Both the position numbers and the translations under genes were made by a program. A model generated the notes under the pieces. It searched no databases and was not told the DNA's origin. It saw only the letters and a program-made list of their open reading frames with translations. A stretch of DNA of 64,000 bases from Eledone cirrhosa (Eukaryota). The stretch spans positions 353,834,001 through 353,898,000 of the forward strand of contig OZ024742.1 in the NCBI GenBank assembly GCA_964016885.1, written 5' to 3'. This document shows, one piece after another, positions 26,686 to 39,952 of this stretch (the stretch's first letter is position 1; every line of letters begins with the position of its first letter).

Positions 26686-26689
26686 AACA

Positions 26690-28800
26690 TTTGTCACAAA
26701 TATTGCAAACATTAATAGCAGAATTCTTAATTCTAACCAACATATAATTAGCGATAATAACAATAGTAATAATAATAATACAATACTTATTGAGTATAAC
26801 AATAACCATAATTTAAACGCATATTGTAGAACCCCTACAAATATTAACAATGATAATATGAACAGTTTAGATTATAGAAATAGCATGACATTGAACTGTA
26901 ACCTGAGAAGGAAATCCGAATGCCCTTTACAGAATAATTGCCTTGATAAAAAATTAGTATATAAATGTACCATTAAAACAAACAATAATATTACTTATAT
27001 CTACATAGGTGCAACTTCATCGAACTTTAAATTTCCATTTTCCAATCATAAAGATTGTTTATCTAATCCAGATAAAAAATATTCTACTTCATTATCACAA
27101 TGAATATGGTATTTAAAAGAGAAAAATATGAAATACTCAATTTCTTGGGTTAAGCTTAGAAACTCAGAATCCCATCGGAACCATTCCATTTTCCAAACTG
27201 AAATCTTTGCAATTTCGAGTTGTATTAATAATTACTAATTATGGTAAGATAATTAATAAAAAAAGTGTGTTATTTTCAAATTGCATCCATAAATCTACAA
27301 AAACATTTCAAGCATCATATAAATTTAGGAAAAGTCATTGACTGGGTGAGAAAATAACACACTTTTAAAGACATTGACTGAGTGAGAAAATAACACACTT
27401 TTATTAATAATTCTTGTTTTTGTTAGTAATATGTAAAATGTTTTACCTCACTTTATGGAATGTATATCGGTTCTTTTATATAGTAAGTTAATCTCTTGAT
27501 TGACTTAATATCTTTAGTTTGGTTTTTAAATCCTCATTTTATGTCTTGAATTTTCTATATTTGAGATCTGAAATACCTTCAGGATTTCAAACCTTTTAGT
27601 TAATTTAAACGTTGTACGGAGCTTTTGTTTTCATTTATCTTGTATAATTTTTCGTTTTATCCAAATTGATTAACAATCTGTATTTAACTTGACCTATAGT
27701 ATTGAATACAATAAATTTGGTTGAATCGAAATAATAATACTCTCAAGAGTAATAAGTAATCCTATATGTAATTGACAACTATTGATTTAAATAGTATTGT
27801 TTATCATATTTATAATTCTAAACATTATATAAAATGAATATACAGATGCTGATATAAATTAAGTTATGATGAATACTCTCATACTTATTTACTATATTTA
27901 TAAATATTGATAAACATCATTGGTAATTAATAATGTTTCAGACTTTGAATTTTGTAACTAAATTTTTGAATATATTTATTAATTTAACTATGCTCCTGAT
28001 TATCTTTGAAGAATATTTTATATTGTTTAATTGTGATATAATATAATAGTATAATTTGACCAAATATAATCAAATACAACATAAAATCTCACAGTATTTA
28101 ATTGATTTGATCGCTTCCACCTGACTTAACATTTGAACAAAAAAACGGTCACGCAACATGTCCCTTTCTTCTTTCTTTCCTTCTTGTTTTATCTCTTTTC
28201 CTTACGCGATTATACATTATATCATCTCTATCTCCCTCTCGCTTCTTTTTATCTTCATATTTTTATCTTTTTCCCTTTTCTCTTCTATTTATCACACACA
28301 CTCTCTCTCTCTCTATCTCTCTCTCTTCTCTTTTTATCTAACAAGGATATTTACATATTTAAATATTTAACATTTATATACTTATGTGTTTATTTATTTA
28401 TTTATTCTATACTTTCTCATACTCACCCCCTCCTAATACTTATATCTCGATACTTATCCCTCTCCATCATATTTAGTTTGTCACACTTTTACTTGTGGTA
28501 TATACATATTGAGTATTGTTGTAATAAATCACTGCCAAAACTGGAATTGAACCATCAGCAGAGTTGAGGTGTGTCATACATCAATTTATGTATTTTATCT
28601 GATGAGGACGTACTGAAAAAACAGCACAGTACCTCCGAAATATATATAATAAAACATATGTTTTGATTACGTGAATGTACCCATTTATTAATAATTTGTA
28701 TAATATTAATAACTCCTGAAAAAATGTCTTGTTGACTGCTTTTAATCTATTGTAAAACTATATTCATTGAATAATCAATGAACCTTGTTTAACATTTGGT
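26690..28800 (+). mobile_element. 5'-truncated PLE family G (GIY-YIG + long 3' UTR + HHR)
   Basis: CNLRRKSECPLQNNCL...VYKC...YIGATSSNFK..FSNH at 26858-27103. HHR near the 3' end. Confidence 0.85.
28590..28657 (+). ncRNA. Minimal type I hammerhead ribozyme, family G
   Basis: TTTTAT-CTGATGA-GGACGTACTG...CAGTACCTCC-GAAA-TATATA-TA-ATAAAA. Confidence 0.88.
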
Positions 28801-29270
28801 TATATATATATATGTATATATATATATATAATGGAAACATTTGAACAGGAACAAACCAGAGAGGCAGTACAACGAATGTTTATTAATTTCACGCTCTGGA
28901 GAGTGGGGTGGATATATATATATATATATGTATACGTAACTTTTTTCTCTCGCACGCTTGACCAGGCCGGTTCCCCTTTTCTCTCTCTCGTCTACGATTT
29001 CACAGAACTTATGTTCACCGATTTCACAGACTGGACTCCTTCATTCTCTCGTTTGACCTGTGCGGAATTCCTTCCTTGCTCGCATTTCGACTAGGTTTGA
29101 TGGTCTTTATTCTCTCTCGTTCACGATTTCACCGAACTTATATTCATGGAAATCTGGGACTTGACTCTTTCTTCCTCACTTTTCGTTGCTTTACCATCTT
29201 TGTTTGTTTACACTCTTGCTGGTTCCCCTTATGTACGTGTCCCAACGACTTTCTTTAGCCGTTGCTCACA

Positions 29271-29347
29271 CCAACCGGAGGTATATTGTCTTTAAAGAGA
29301 TGAAATACCAATGATGGTTGGAAGATCACTGAGGAAGGATTAACTTT
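29271..29347 (+). ncRNA. Candidate pseudoknotted, k-turn-closed hammerhead, copy 2
   Basis: CCAACC-G-GA-GGTA-TA-TTGTCTT-TAAAGAGAT-GAAA-TACC-AAT-GA-T-GGTTGG-AAGATCA-CTGAGGA. Confidence 0.55.
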
Positions 29348-29904
29348 ATTCATATGTAACCCATTTGCAACCAAGCACCACGTTTATTCTCATATTCACA
29401 CATATATTTTCCCGCGCTGTGAGCCGTCTATTTCGTTCTTACTGCTTCCTCTTTCTCTGTATCTTTACGCTCTCTAACAGTCACTATCTATGTTAGCCTC
29501 TTCCTCAGCCTTCACTCACTCACTCTCTGCTACTACCTCTCCTACTTCCTCCCGTTTGACCTGTGCGTAATTCTTTTCTCTCGCACACTTGACCAGGCTG
29601 GTTCCCATTTTTCTCTCTCTCGTCTACGATTTCACAGAACTTATGTTCACCGAATTCATGGACTGGACTCCTTCTTTCCTCGCGTTTGACCTTTGCGGAA
29701 TTCCTTGCTTGCTCACATTTTGACTAAGTTTGATGGTCTTTATTCTCTCTCTTTCACGATTTCACCGAACTTATAATCATGGAAATCTGGGACTTGACTC
29801 TTTCTTCCCCCACTTTTCGTTGTTTTACCACATTTGTTCGTTTACACTCTCGTTCGTTCCCCTTATTTACGTGTCCCAACAACTGTCTTTAGCCGTTGTT
29901 CGCA

Positions 29905-29981
29905 CCAACCGGAGGTATATGGTCTTTAAAGCGATGAAATACCAATGAAGGTTGGAAGATCACTGATGAAGGATTAACTTT
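29905..29981 (+). ncRNA. Candidate pseudoknotted, k-turn-closed hammerhead, copy 3
   Basis: CCAACC-G-GA-GGTA-TA-TGGTCTT-TAAAGCGAT-GAAA-TACC-AAT-GA-A-GGTTGG-AAGATCA-CTGATGA. Confidence 0.62.
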
Positions 29982-30011
29982 ATTCATATATATATATATA
30001 TATATAGGAAC

Positions 30012-30222
30012 GATCGACTTTCGTCAAATCGGACCGAGGGAACAATGTTTCCGTTGGTCTTTCCAATTGCTAATACTATCTATCGGTCGCAACTCGAGGT
30101 AGAAGGAGCAACGTGAAATAAAGTGTCTTGCTCAAGGACATAACGCATCGCCTGGTCCAGGAATCGAGCTCACAACCTTACGATTGCTAATCAAATTGTC
30201 TAACCACTCAGCCACACGCCTT

Positions 30223-30225
<3 letters not shown>
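30012..30225 (-). mobile_element. SINE S1
   Basis: Minus strand GTGAAGGCGTGTGGCTGAGTGGTTAG...CTCGATTCCTGG...CCTTGAGCAAGACAC. Matches 1542-1756. Confidence 0.82.
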
Positions 30226-30264
<39 letters not shown>

Positions 30265-33200
30265 TATATATATATAAATATATATATAGAAAGGATAAAA
30301 AGGACGATCGATTATTCCTTCATTGCATTTATTGATAGGTGACGCGCGTTTCGCCACTGATCAGCTGAAGGTTCGATCTATATCGATCCTACCCGACTCA
30401 ATAATCGGCAGCTCGACGGACCCTCTTAAAATGCTATAAGAAAATGAAATACATGCTATGTGGTAAAGTCAGAGTTTCAAGAGTTTGACAAAATGAGTTG
30501 TTTTGATTGGTGGGAAGGATCAAGGCGATGTACTGGCCTGTAGTGTATATGGGGGTGGGTGTGATGGTGAGATGTTGGTGACGGTCTGTGGATGAGGTGG
30601 GCTGTGGTGTGGTGGTGGTGGGTTCGCCTTGGCGTGTAGAGTATGTGTGGGTGGATGTGATGATATGGTAGTAGTTAAGGTTATTTAGTAGGATGGGCTG
30701 TGGTATGAGGTTAGTGGATTGTCAGTAGACGGGTTGGCGTGTGGGTGGGGGTGTGGTAGTGGTGCAGTTGTCTATGGTAGCGGCGTTTGTGGTGGTGTGG
30801 TGGATGTATTGGTGGCGTCAGGTCCTTACATAGATATATAGTTAGACGCTCTTCGTCTGACAGATACTATGTATATACGTATACGTACACATATATATGT
30901 ATATATGTGCACATATATTGTTGTATAAACACACACAACATAAAACACGTACGCACATCCTTGCCCACACATATCGGCATACGCTCACACACAGCCATAT
31001 GTATATGTACACACATGTATGTGCATGCGCGCATGCGGACACGAATATGGAGAGTGGGGGAGTATCGGTGGGGGTGGCGAACGTCAGAGATGGGGGAAGG
31101 TGAGAGGCGATTTAGAAGGTGTTTTACATATATACACATACACATACATACAATGGGTATGGGCACATGGACTCACACTCATGTATGCAAGATATACACA
31201 TACACACTGGCACTCACGTATACTCACACATATATATATATACGTATATATATATACACACACATGTATACACACATACACGCACATATTCACATACATG
31301 CACATATATGAGCTCACCTACACATACAGTCAGATTTACCCATATACATATATGTAGACGTACACATACACACACATACATACACATACATATTTGCACA
31401 CACATATGCATACACATACACATATATATACAGATATATATATATACACACACATAGACATATGCATACTGTGTTGATGAAGTATGGAGTTGTGTTTTGT
31501 GGTGGTGGTGGTGGAGTGTGAGGGACAAAAATATATATAGCGGATCGAATACCGGTTAAAAGGTGACCTAAGGAACGCGGGGGAAAACCGTTTATGGACG
31601 TACTGCCATGTGTGTTGTGGACATGGTGGTGGTGGTGGTGCTGAGGTGATATGTTCGACAAGATGATTACATGATCAGAGGTTACGGTGTGTTATATGGT
31701 AGGCAGAGGGGGGTTGGTGGATATATAATACAGTCGATTTGGGAGCGAGGGATGATATGTGTTGATGATGTTAATGCTAATGATTGTTGAAGTATGTGGA
31801 TGTATTTAGTTGTGGGGCTGGTTGTGTGTGCGTGCGACAGTACAATTACAGGGTCGAATTTAGCGTGGGGTTGTAGGTTAGGGTAGATAGAGGGAACATG
31901 GGGGGAGGAGGTTGTAGGTGTGTATGGTAGACATATGACGATGTGTGGTGTAATGGTGGTGGCGATGGTGTGATATGATCGACATTGTATTTACAAGGTC
32001 CCTTGTCATTGTGGATTGCAAGGTAGAACGTATCATAATGATACCGATGTAATACGATGTTGCAACTATGAGGTGTGTATGTTGATGTGAATGTTGGTGG
32101 TGGTGATGGTGATGTGTGCGACATGATATACAAATGCGAGCTTAGAAATGGTAACATGGAGTACAATACAATTAGCTCATTGAGGTGGGCGATGTTGAGA
32201 CGGGGTATAGGTGGTTATTAATATGGTGTGTCATGGTTAGTGTGATTTTCGGTGTGGGTTATGTATGCGGCATTATATACAAAATACGGGCTTACGTATG
32301 GTTAAATTCAATGCAATGAAAAAAGAAAAAGTGAAGTTAGATTAAAATTAAAGTTCGCTGAGATGGGCGATGGTGATGCGGGGCAGGTGTTGTTATTATT
32401 ATGGTGGGTCATGGTTAGTGCGTGGTCTTCCCGCGAAAGTTTGTGCAGAAAAGGTGTGCATCCTAGTGTGTCTGCATTTGACAATTATGTCCGACCTATA
32501 GTTTATGGCGGATTCAAGTTTAATTATTTACGCCGCCTCAGCTAGGCATAATCTGCAGTGGTTTCTGTCACTGGGAATGTATGCAATACGTAGGTTTACT
32601 GACCACGAGATCCGGGGTTCAATATTCCTGTCCTTGAGGTCCTAGATCAGATCGGCCAGTTTTGTTTGGGGTCGTTTCGATCTATGTTTGAAGAACCTTC
32701 TGTGGTTATACCAGCGCTCCTTAAACGTAGTGGATGTCGCACCTATATATGAGTACTCATTATTGCCGGCAGTGACATCGCACCGGTAAACAATATTATT
32801 AACGAGGCACTCCCCGTTTAGTGGGCATTCGTCTCGTTTTTTGCAGTTGCATTTGGGAGTAACCGGTGCGGTGCAACGTTGGCGGTTGGTGTCGTGCGGT
32901 GGCGGTGTGGTGTGTGTTTAATTGTGTTGGAGTTGTGTGTTGTTTCGTTCTGAGTTGTGGTGGTGGTTTGTTGGGGGGAACCCATGTGTTTTGTATTTTT
33001 GCCCTATTAGTGCGTGCTATTGTGTGGCCTAGGTTTGGTGCTGTGGAGAAAGAGAATTTTACGGTGTGTTTATTGAAGAGCTTGTGATATTTATGTGTTT
33101 GTTGAAAAGATTGTTCGAGGGCCCTGAAAAAGGTTCCCGGTATGTTAGTGGCGACGTGTATAGAATAGGGGAGGTTATACCACGTGATAGGTCTACTTCG

Positions 33201-35863
33201 GTTTATGCGTTGTTTAGATAGTTTTTGTGTGTTTTTGTCAGGCGTGTGTTAATGAAAATCTTAGATACTTCAATAGACACTCCAACCACCCTAAGAGCAT
33301 AATTAACTCTATAGTTAAAGGTGTCTCCAACAGAGTGTCCACACTGTCGGCCAACGAAAACATCTTCAAGCAGCACGCGGAATACTATGACTCCGCACTT
33401 ATTAACGCTGGTTATACTGAGAAGATTTCTTACATCGACCCTAATAGAACCGCAACACAGCTAAACATAGCAGGACCCTTAGAAACGGACTTAGAAGAAA
33501 CCTCCACACATAGGACACACAATAACCTTAGACGCCCCCTAGCCGGCACCGCAGACAGCACCACACATAACTGTCTAGGAGATAAAGCCATACTCTCCAG
33601 TCCCAATAACAACTCCGACTATCGCACACGTTTGCGTACCAATAGAGACAAGGAACATAACGCAAATAGACTACCTGGAACCTATTTGAAACACACGCCT
33701 GACCAAAACACACACAAACTCACTAAACAACACATAAACCGAAGTAGACCTATCACGTTGTATAACCCCCCCCCCTATTCTATACACGTCGCCACTAACA
33801 TACCGGGAACCTTTTTCTGGGCCCTCGAACAATCTTTTCCACACACACACACATACTACAAGCTCTTCAATAAATATACCGTAACATTCTCTTTCTCCAC
33901 AGCACCAAACCTAGGCCACAATAGCACACAATAATAGGGCAAAAATACAAAAACACATGGTTTCCCCCCAACAAACCACCACCACAACCCAGAACGAAAC
34001 CACACACACAACACAACAACACACACACCACACCAACACCGCACGACACCAACCGCCAACGTTGCACCGCACTGGTTACTCCCAAATGCAACTGCAAAAA
34101 ACGAGACGAATGCCCACTAAACGGGGAGTGCCACGTTAAGAATATTGTTTACTGGTGCGATGTCACTGCCGGCAATAACGAGTACTCATATATAGGTGCG
34201 ACATCCACTACGTTTAAGGAGCGCTGGTATAACCACAGAAGGTTCTTCAAACATAGATCGAAACGACCCCAAACAAAACTGGCCGATCTGATCTGGGACC
34301 TCAAGGACGGGATATTGAACCCCGGATCTCGTGGTCAGTAAAAATACGTGTGGCATACATCCCCAGTGACAGAAACCACTGCAGATTATGCCTAGCTGAG
34401 GCGGCGGAAATAATTAAACTTGATTCCGCCATAAACTATAGGTCGGACATAATTGTCAATTGCAGACACACTAGGATGCACACCTTTTCTTCACAAACTT
34501 TTGCGGGAAGACCACGCACTAACCATGACCCACCATAATAATTACAACACCTGCCCCGTATCACCATCGCCCATCTTAGCGAACTTTAATTCTAAGTTAA
34601 CTTCACTTTATTTTATTTCATTTCATTGAATTTAACCATATGTAAGCCCGTATTTTGTATATCATGCCGCATACATAACCCACACCAAAAATCACAATAA
34701 CCATGACACACCATATTAATAACCACCTATACCCCGTCTCAACATCGCCCACCTCAATGAACTTATTGTATTGTACTCCATGTTACCATTTCTAAGCTCG
34801 CATTTGTATATCATGCCGCACACATCACCATCACCACCACCAAAATTCACATCAACATACACACCTCATAGTTGCAACATCGTATTACATCGGTATCCTA
34901 TGATACGTTCTACCTTGCAATCCACAATGACAAGGGACCTTGTAAATACAATGTCGATCATATCACACCATCGCCACCACCACCACACCACACATCGTCA
35001 TGTGCATACCATACTCGCCTACAACCTCATCCCCCCATGTTCCCTCTATCTACCCTAACCTACAACCCCACGCTAAATTCGACCCTGTAACTGTACTGTC
35101 GCACGCACACACAACCACCGCCACCACTAAATACATCCACATACTTCAACAATCATTATCATTAACATCATCAACGCATATCATCCCTCGCTCCCAAATC
35201 GACTGTATTATATATCCCCCACCCCCCGTCTGCCTACCATATAACACACCGTAACCTCTGATCATGTAATCATCTTGTCGAACATATCACCCCAGCACCT
35301 CAGCACCATCACCATGTCCACAACACACATCGCATTACGTACATAAACGCTTTTCCCCCGCGTTCCCTATGTCACCTTTTAACCGGTATTCGATCCGGTA
35401 TATATATGTTTGTCCCTCACAACTCCACCACCACCACCACCACAAAACACAACTCCATACTTCATCAACACCGACAAAACATACCTCCACTCCCCAACCA
35501 ACAATACTGTGTGTGTCTGTGTGTAAGTATTTTTACTCATACGGGCGTTTTAAGTGTGCGTGCGTGTACGCACAGTAATGTGTATGTATGTGTGTGTGTA
35601 TGTGAACACATGTGTATGCATATGTCTATGTGTGTGTATATGTATATATCTGTATATATATATGTGTATGTGTATGCATATGTTTATGTGTGTGTATATA
35701 TGTATGTGTATGTATGTGTGTGTATGTGTACGTCTACATATATGTATATGGGTAAATCTGACTGTATGTGTAGGTGAGCTCATATATGTGCATGTATGTG
35801 TACATGTGCGTGTATGTGTGTGTTGTCGGTACATGTGTGTGTATATATATATACGTATATATG

Positions 35864-36115
35864 TTGATTTAAAACTGCACTATCCACAAGTGTTTTTTAA
35901 CCTTCATATCATGTCTTCCTGTTTTATCTGATGAAAACACAAATATTATTGCATGATGATATTTGTTTTTGAAATGCGCATAATAAAATACATAGAACTC
36001 TTTTAACCATCTTTTGTTCTTATATATTATGTATACTCCAGTCCTACAAACAATAGAGTGCTTCTAATCCGATATCTGCATTGCTTTATTCTACTACAAT
36101 AAAACTCACCTCCTA
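35864..36115 (+). mobile_element. Nested pLTR fragment of another PLE family (J)
   Basis: Absent from the inverted arm of element C, inserted in a TA run, contains an HHR. Confidence 0.75.
35920..35990 (+). ncRNA. Type I hammerhead ribozyme, family J
   Basis: GTTTTAT-CTGATGA-AAACACAAATATTA...TGATATTTGTTTTT-GAAA-TGCGCA-TA-ATAAAAT. Confidence 0.85.
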
Positions 36116-37180
36116 CATATATATGTATATATATATGTGTGAGTATACGTGTGTGCGAGTTTGTATGTGTATATCTTGCATATATGAGTGTGAGTCCATG
36201 TGCCCATACCCATGTGTATGTATGTGTATGTGTATATATGTAAAACACCTACTACATCGCCTTTCACCTTCCCCATCTCTGTCGTTCGCCACTCCCACCG
36301 ATACTCCCCCACTCTCCATATTCGTGTCCGCATACACACATACACATACATGTGTGTACATATACATATGGCTGTGTGTGAGCGTATGTCGATATGTGTG
36401 GGCAAGGATGTGCGTATGTGTTTTATGTTGTGTGTGTTTATACAACAATATATGTGCGCATGTATACATATATGTGTGTACGTATACGTATATACAAGGT
36501 ATGAGTCAGACGGAGAGCGTCTAACTATGTATCTATGTAAGGACCTGAAGCCACCAATACATCCGCCACACCACCACAAACGGCGCTACCATAGACAACG
36601 GCACCACTTCCACACACCCACCTACACAGCAACCTGTCTACTGACAATCCACTAACCTCATACCACAGCCCATCCCACTAATTAACCTTAACCGCCACCA
36701 TATCATCACATCCACCCCCACAAACTCTACACGCCAAGGCCAACCCACCACCATCATACCACAGCCCACCTCATCCACATACCGTCACCAACATCTCACC
36801 ATCACACCCACCCCCATATACACTACAGGCCAGTACATCGCCTTGATCCTTCCCACCAATCAAAACAACTCCTTTTGTCAAACTCTTGTAACTCTGACTT
36901 TAACACATAGCATGTATTTCATTTTTTTATAGCATTTTAAGAGGGTCCGTCGAGCTGGCGATTATTGAGTCGGGTAGGATCGATATAGATCGAACCTTGA
37001 GCTGATCAGTGGCGAAACGCGGGTCACCTATCAATAAATGCAATGAAGGAATAATCAATCGTCCTTTTTATCCTTTCTATATTTTACACTCTGTATAGCT
37101 CTACACATCATCACAGAAGTGAACCTAAACATCGAGTGCTCACCCGGGTGAACCTGCAGCAACTCCTAGTTACACCCACT

Positions 37181-37906
<726 letters not shown>

Positions 37907-37972
37907 GATAAATCTACATATATTGAATCTTTGTTTTTTTCAATAAACAAATATCATTATTTCTGAAGACAG

Positions 37973-38151
37973 TGGATTGGCAGTATCGGTGGAGGGTCGG
38001 ACGCCATGCTTTCCAGCATAGTTACGTCCCTTTACGATCTGAGTTCAAATCCCGCCGAGGTTGACTTTGCCTTTCATCCTTACGGGGTCGATAAAATAAA
38101 GTACCAGTAATGAACTGGGTAATTGCTGGCCTTGTGCCTAAAGTAGAAACA
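37973..38151 (+). mobile_element. SINE S2 with 17-bp target-site duplication
   Basis: ATTATTTCTGAAGACAG at 37956-37972 and 38152-38168. A and B boxes present. Confidence 0.9.
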
Positions 38152-38341
38152 ATTATTTCTGAAGACAGCATATATATGTGTAGGTATGTATTATCCCTCT
38201 TGATAGTTTGTATAAATATTGTCCATAGACCTATAGAATATGCATACCAACTCTAACACATATATATCCTAGAAACGATCATAAAATGATGAATTTTTTT
38301 AATATATGGAACTGTTTCTTTGTTTATTCATTATTTTATTA

Positions 38342-38554
<213 letters not shown>

Positions 38555-38620
38555 GATAAATCTACATATATTGAATCTTTGTTTTTTTCAATAAACAAAT
38601 ATCATTATTTCTGAAGACAG

Positions 38621-38799
38621 TGGATTGGCAGTATCGGTGGAGGGTCGGACGCCATGCTTTCCAGAATAGTTACGTCCCTTTACGATCTGAGTTCAAATCC
38701 CGCCGAGGTTGACTTTGCCTTTCATCCTTACGGGGTCGATAAAATAAAGTACCAGTAATGAACTGGGTAATTGCTGGCCTTGTGCCTAAAGTAGAAACA
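38621..38799 (+). mobile_element. SINE S2 (duplicate of the previous insertion)
   Basis: Same TSD at 38604-38620 and 38800-38816. Confidence 0.9.
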
Positions 38800-38989
38800 A
38801 TTATTTCTGAAGACAGCATATATATGTGTAGGTATGTATTATCCCTCTTGATAGTTTGTATAAATATTGTCCATAGATCTATAGAATATGCATACCAACT
38901 CTAACACATATATATCCTAGAAACGATCATAAAATGATGAATTTTTTTAATATATGGAACTGTTTCTTTGTTTATTCATTATTTTATTA

Positions 38990-39058
<69 letters not shown>

Positions 39059-39059
39059 T

Positions 39060-39455
39060 CTGTTGGTTCACCACTGAATAGACCTGGTCCATCCGTATGG
39101 TCAATCCTGGTGTAATGTTGTGAAGAGTAATCTACGCAGTGCAGTTCACCCATCTTCGTTTGTGTAATTGGTGGTGCGAATACGGAGTTAATTATAAATG
39201 AAACAACAGGAGGCTGGACTGTTGTAAATGCTTGAAAGGTTTAGTATACTATGATCATTTCAACGACCGGGTTCCATATGAATCCGGTGATATCTGTCTC
39301 TGATTTTTCGGACCCATGGTTTTTTACTTATTCCTTTCTTATATTCCAATACCTGATGATATCACCGGATTCATATGGAACCCGGTCATTGAAATGATCA
39401 TAGTATAATAAACCTTTCAAGGATTTACACCAGTCCAGCCTGCTATTATTTCATT
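39060..39455. mobile_element. PLE family H pLTR with inversion (small palindrome)
   Basis: About 39190-39294 is the reverse complement of about 39358-39455. Confidence 0.8.
39349..39406 (+). ncRNA. Type I hammerhead ribozyme, family H
   Basis: ATAC-CTGATGA-T-ATCACCGG...CCGGTCAT-T-GAAA-TGATCA-TA-GTAT, followed by AATAAA. Confidence 0.85.
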
Positions 39456-39477
39456 TATATATATAGAGAGAGAGATG

Positions 39478-39948
<471 letters not shown>

Positions 39949-39952
39949 TAAC

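Larger units (their letters stand above)
28938..29985 (+). mobile_element. Family K tandem array (about 632-bp period, about 1.65 units)
   Basis: CGCACRCTTGACCAGGCYGGTTCCC recurs at about 28950 and 29582. Each unit has an internal duplication of roughly 130 bp and the ribozyme-like motif. Confidence 0.85.
30289..37182 (+). mobile_element. PLE family C: 5'-truncated copy (about 33245-37182) with a roughly 2.95-kb inverted copy (30289-33245)
   Basis: Thumb RHSNHPKSII, CNCKKRDECPLNGEC, YIGATSTTFKERWYNH, CRLCLAEA. The left arm is the reverse complement of about 33690-37078. Tail 37079-37182. Confidence 0.92.

Noticed and set aside
29905-29955. Family K hairpin as a SECIS element or box C/D snoRNA
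   Set aside because: The GA/GA geometry lacks the AUGA...GA arrangement with an 11-12 bp helix, and the C/D box order and spacing do not fit. The hammerhead strands explain more of the conserved bases.
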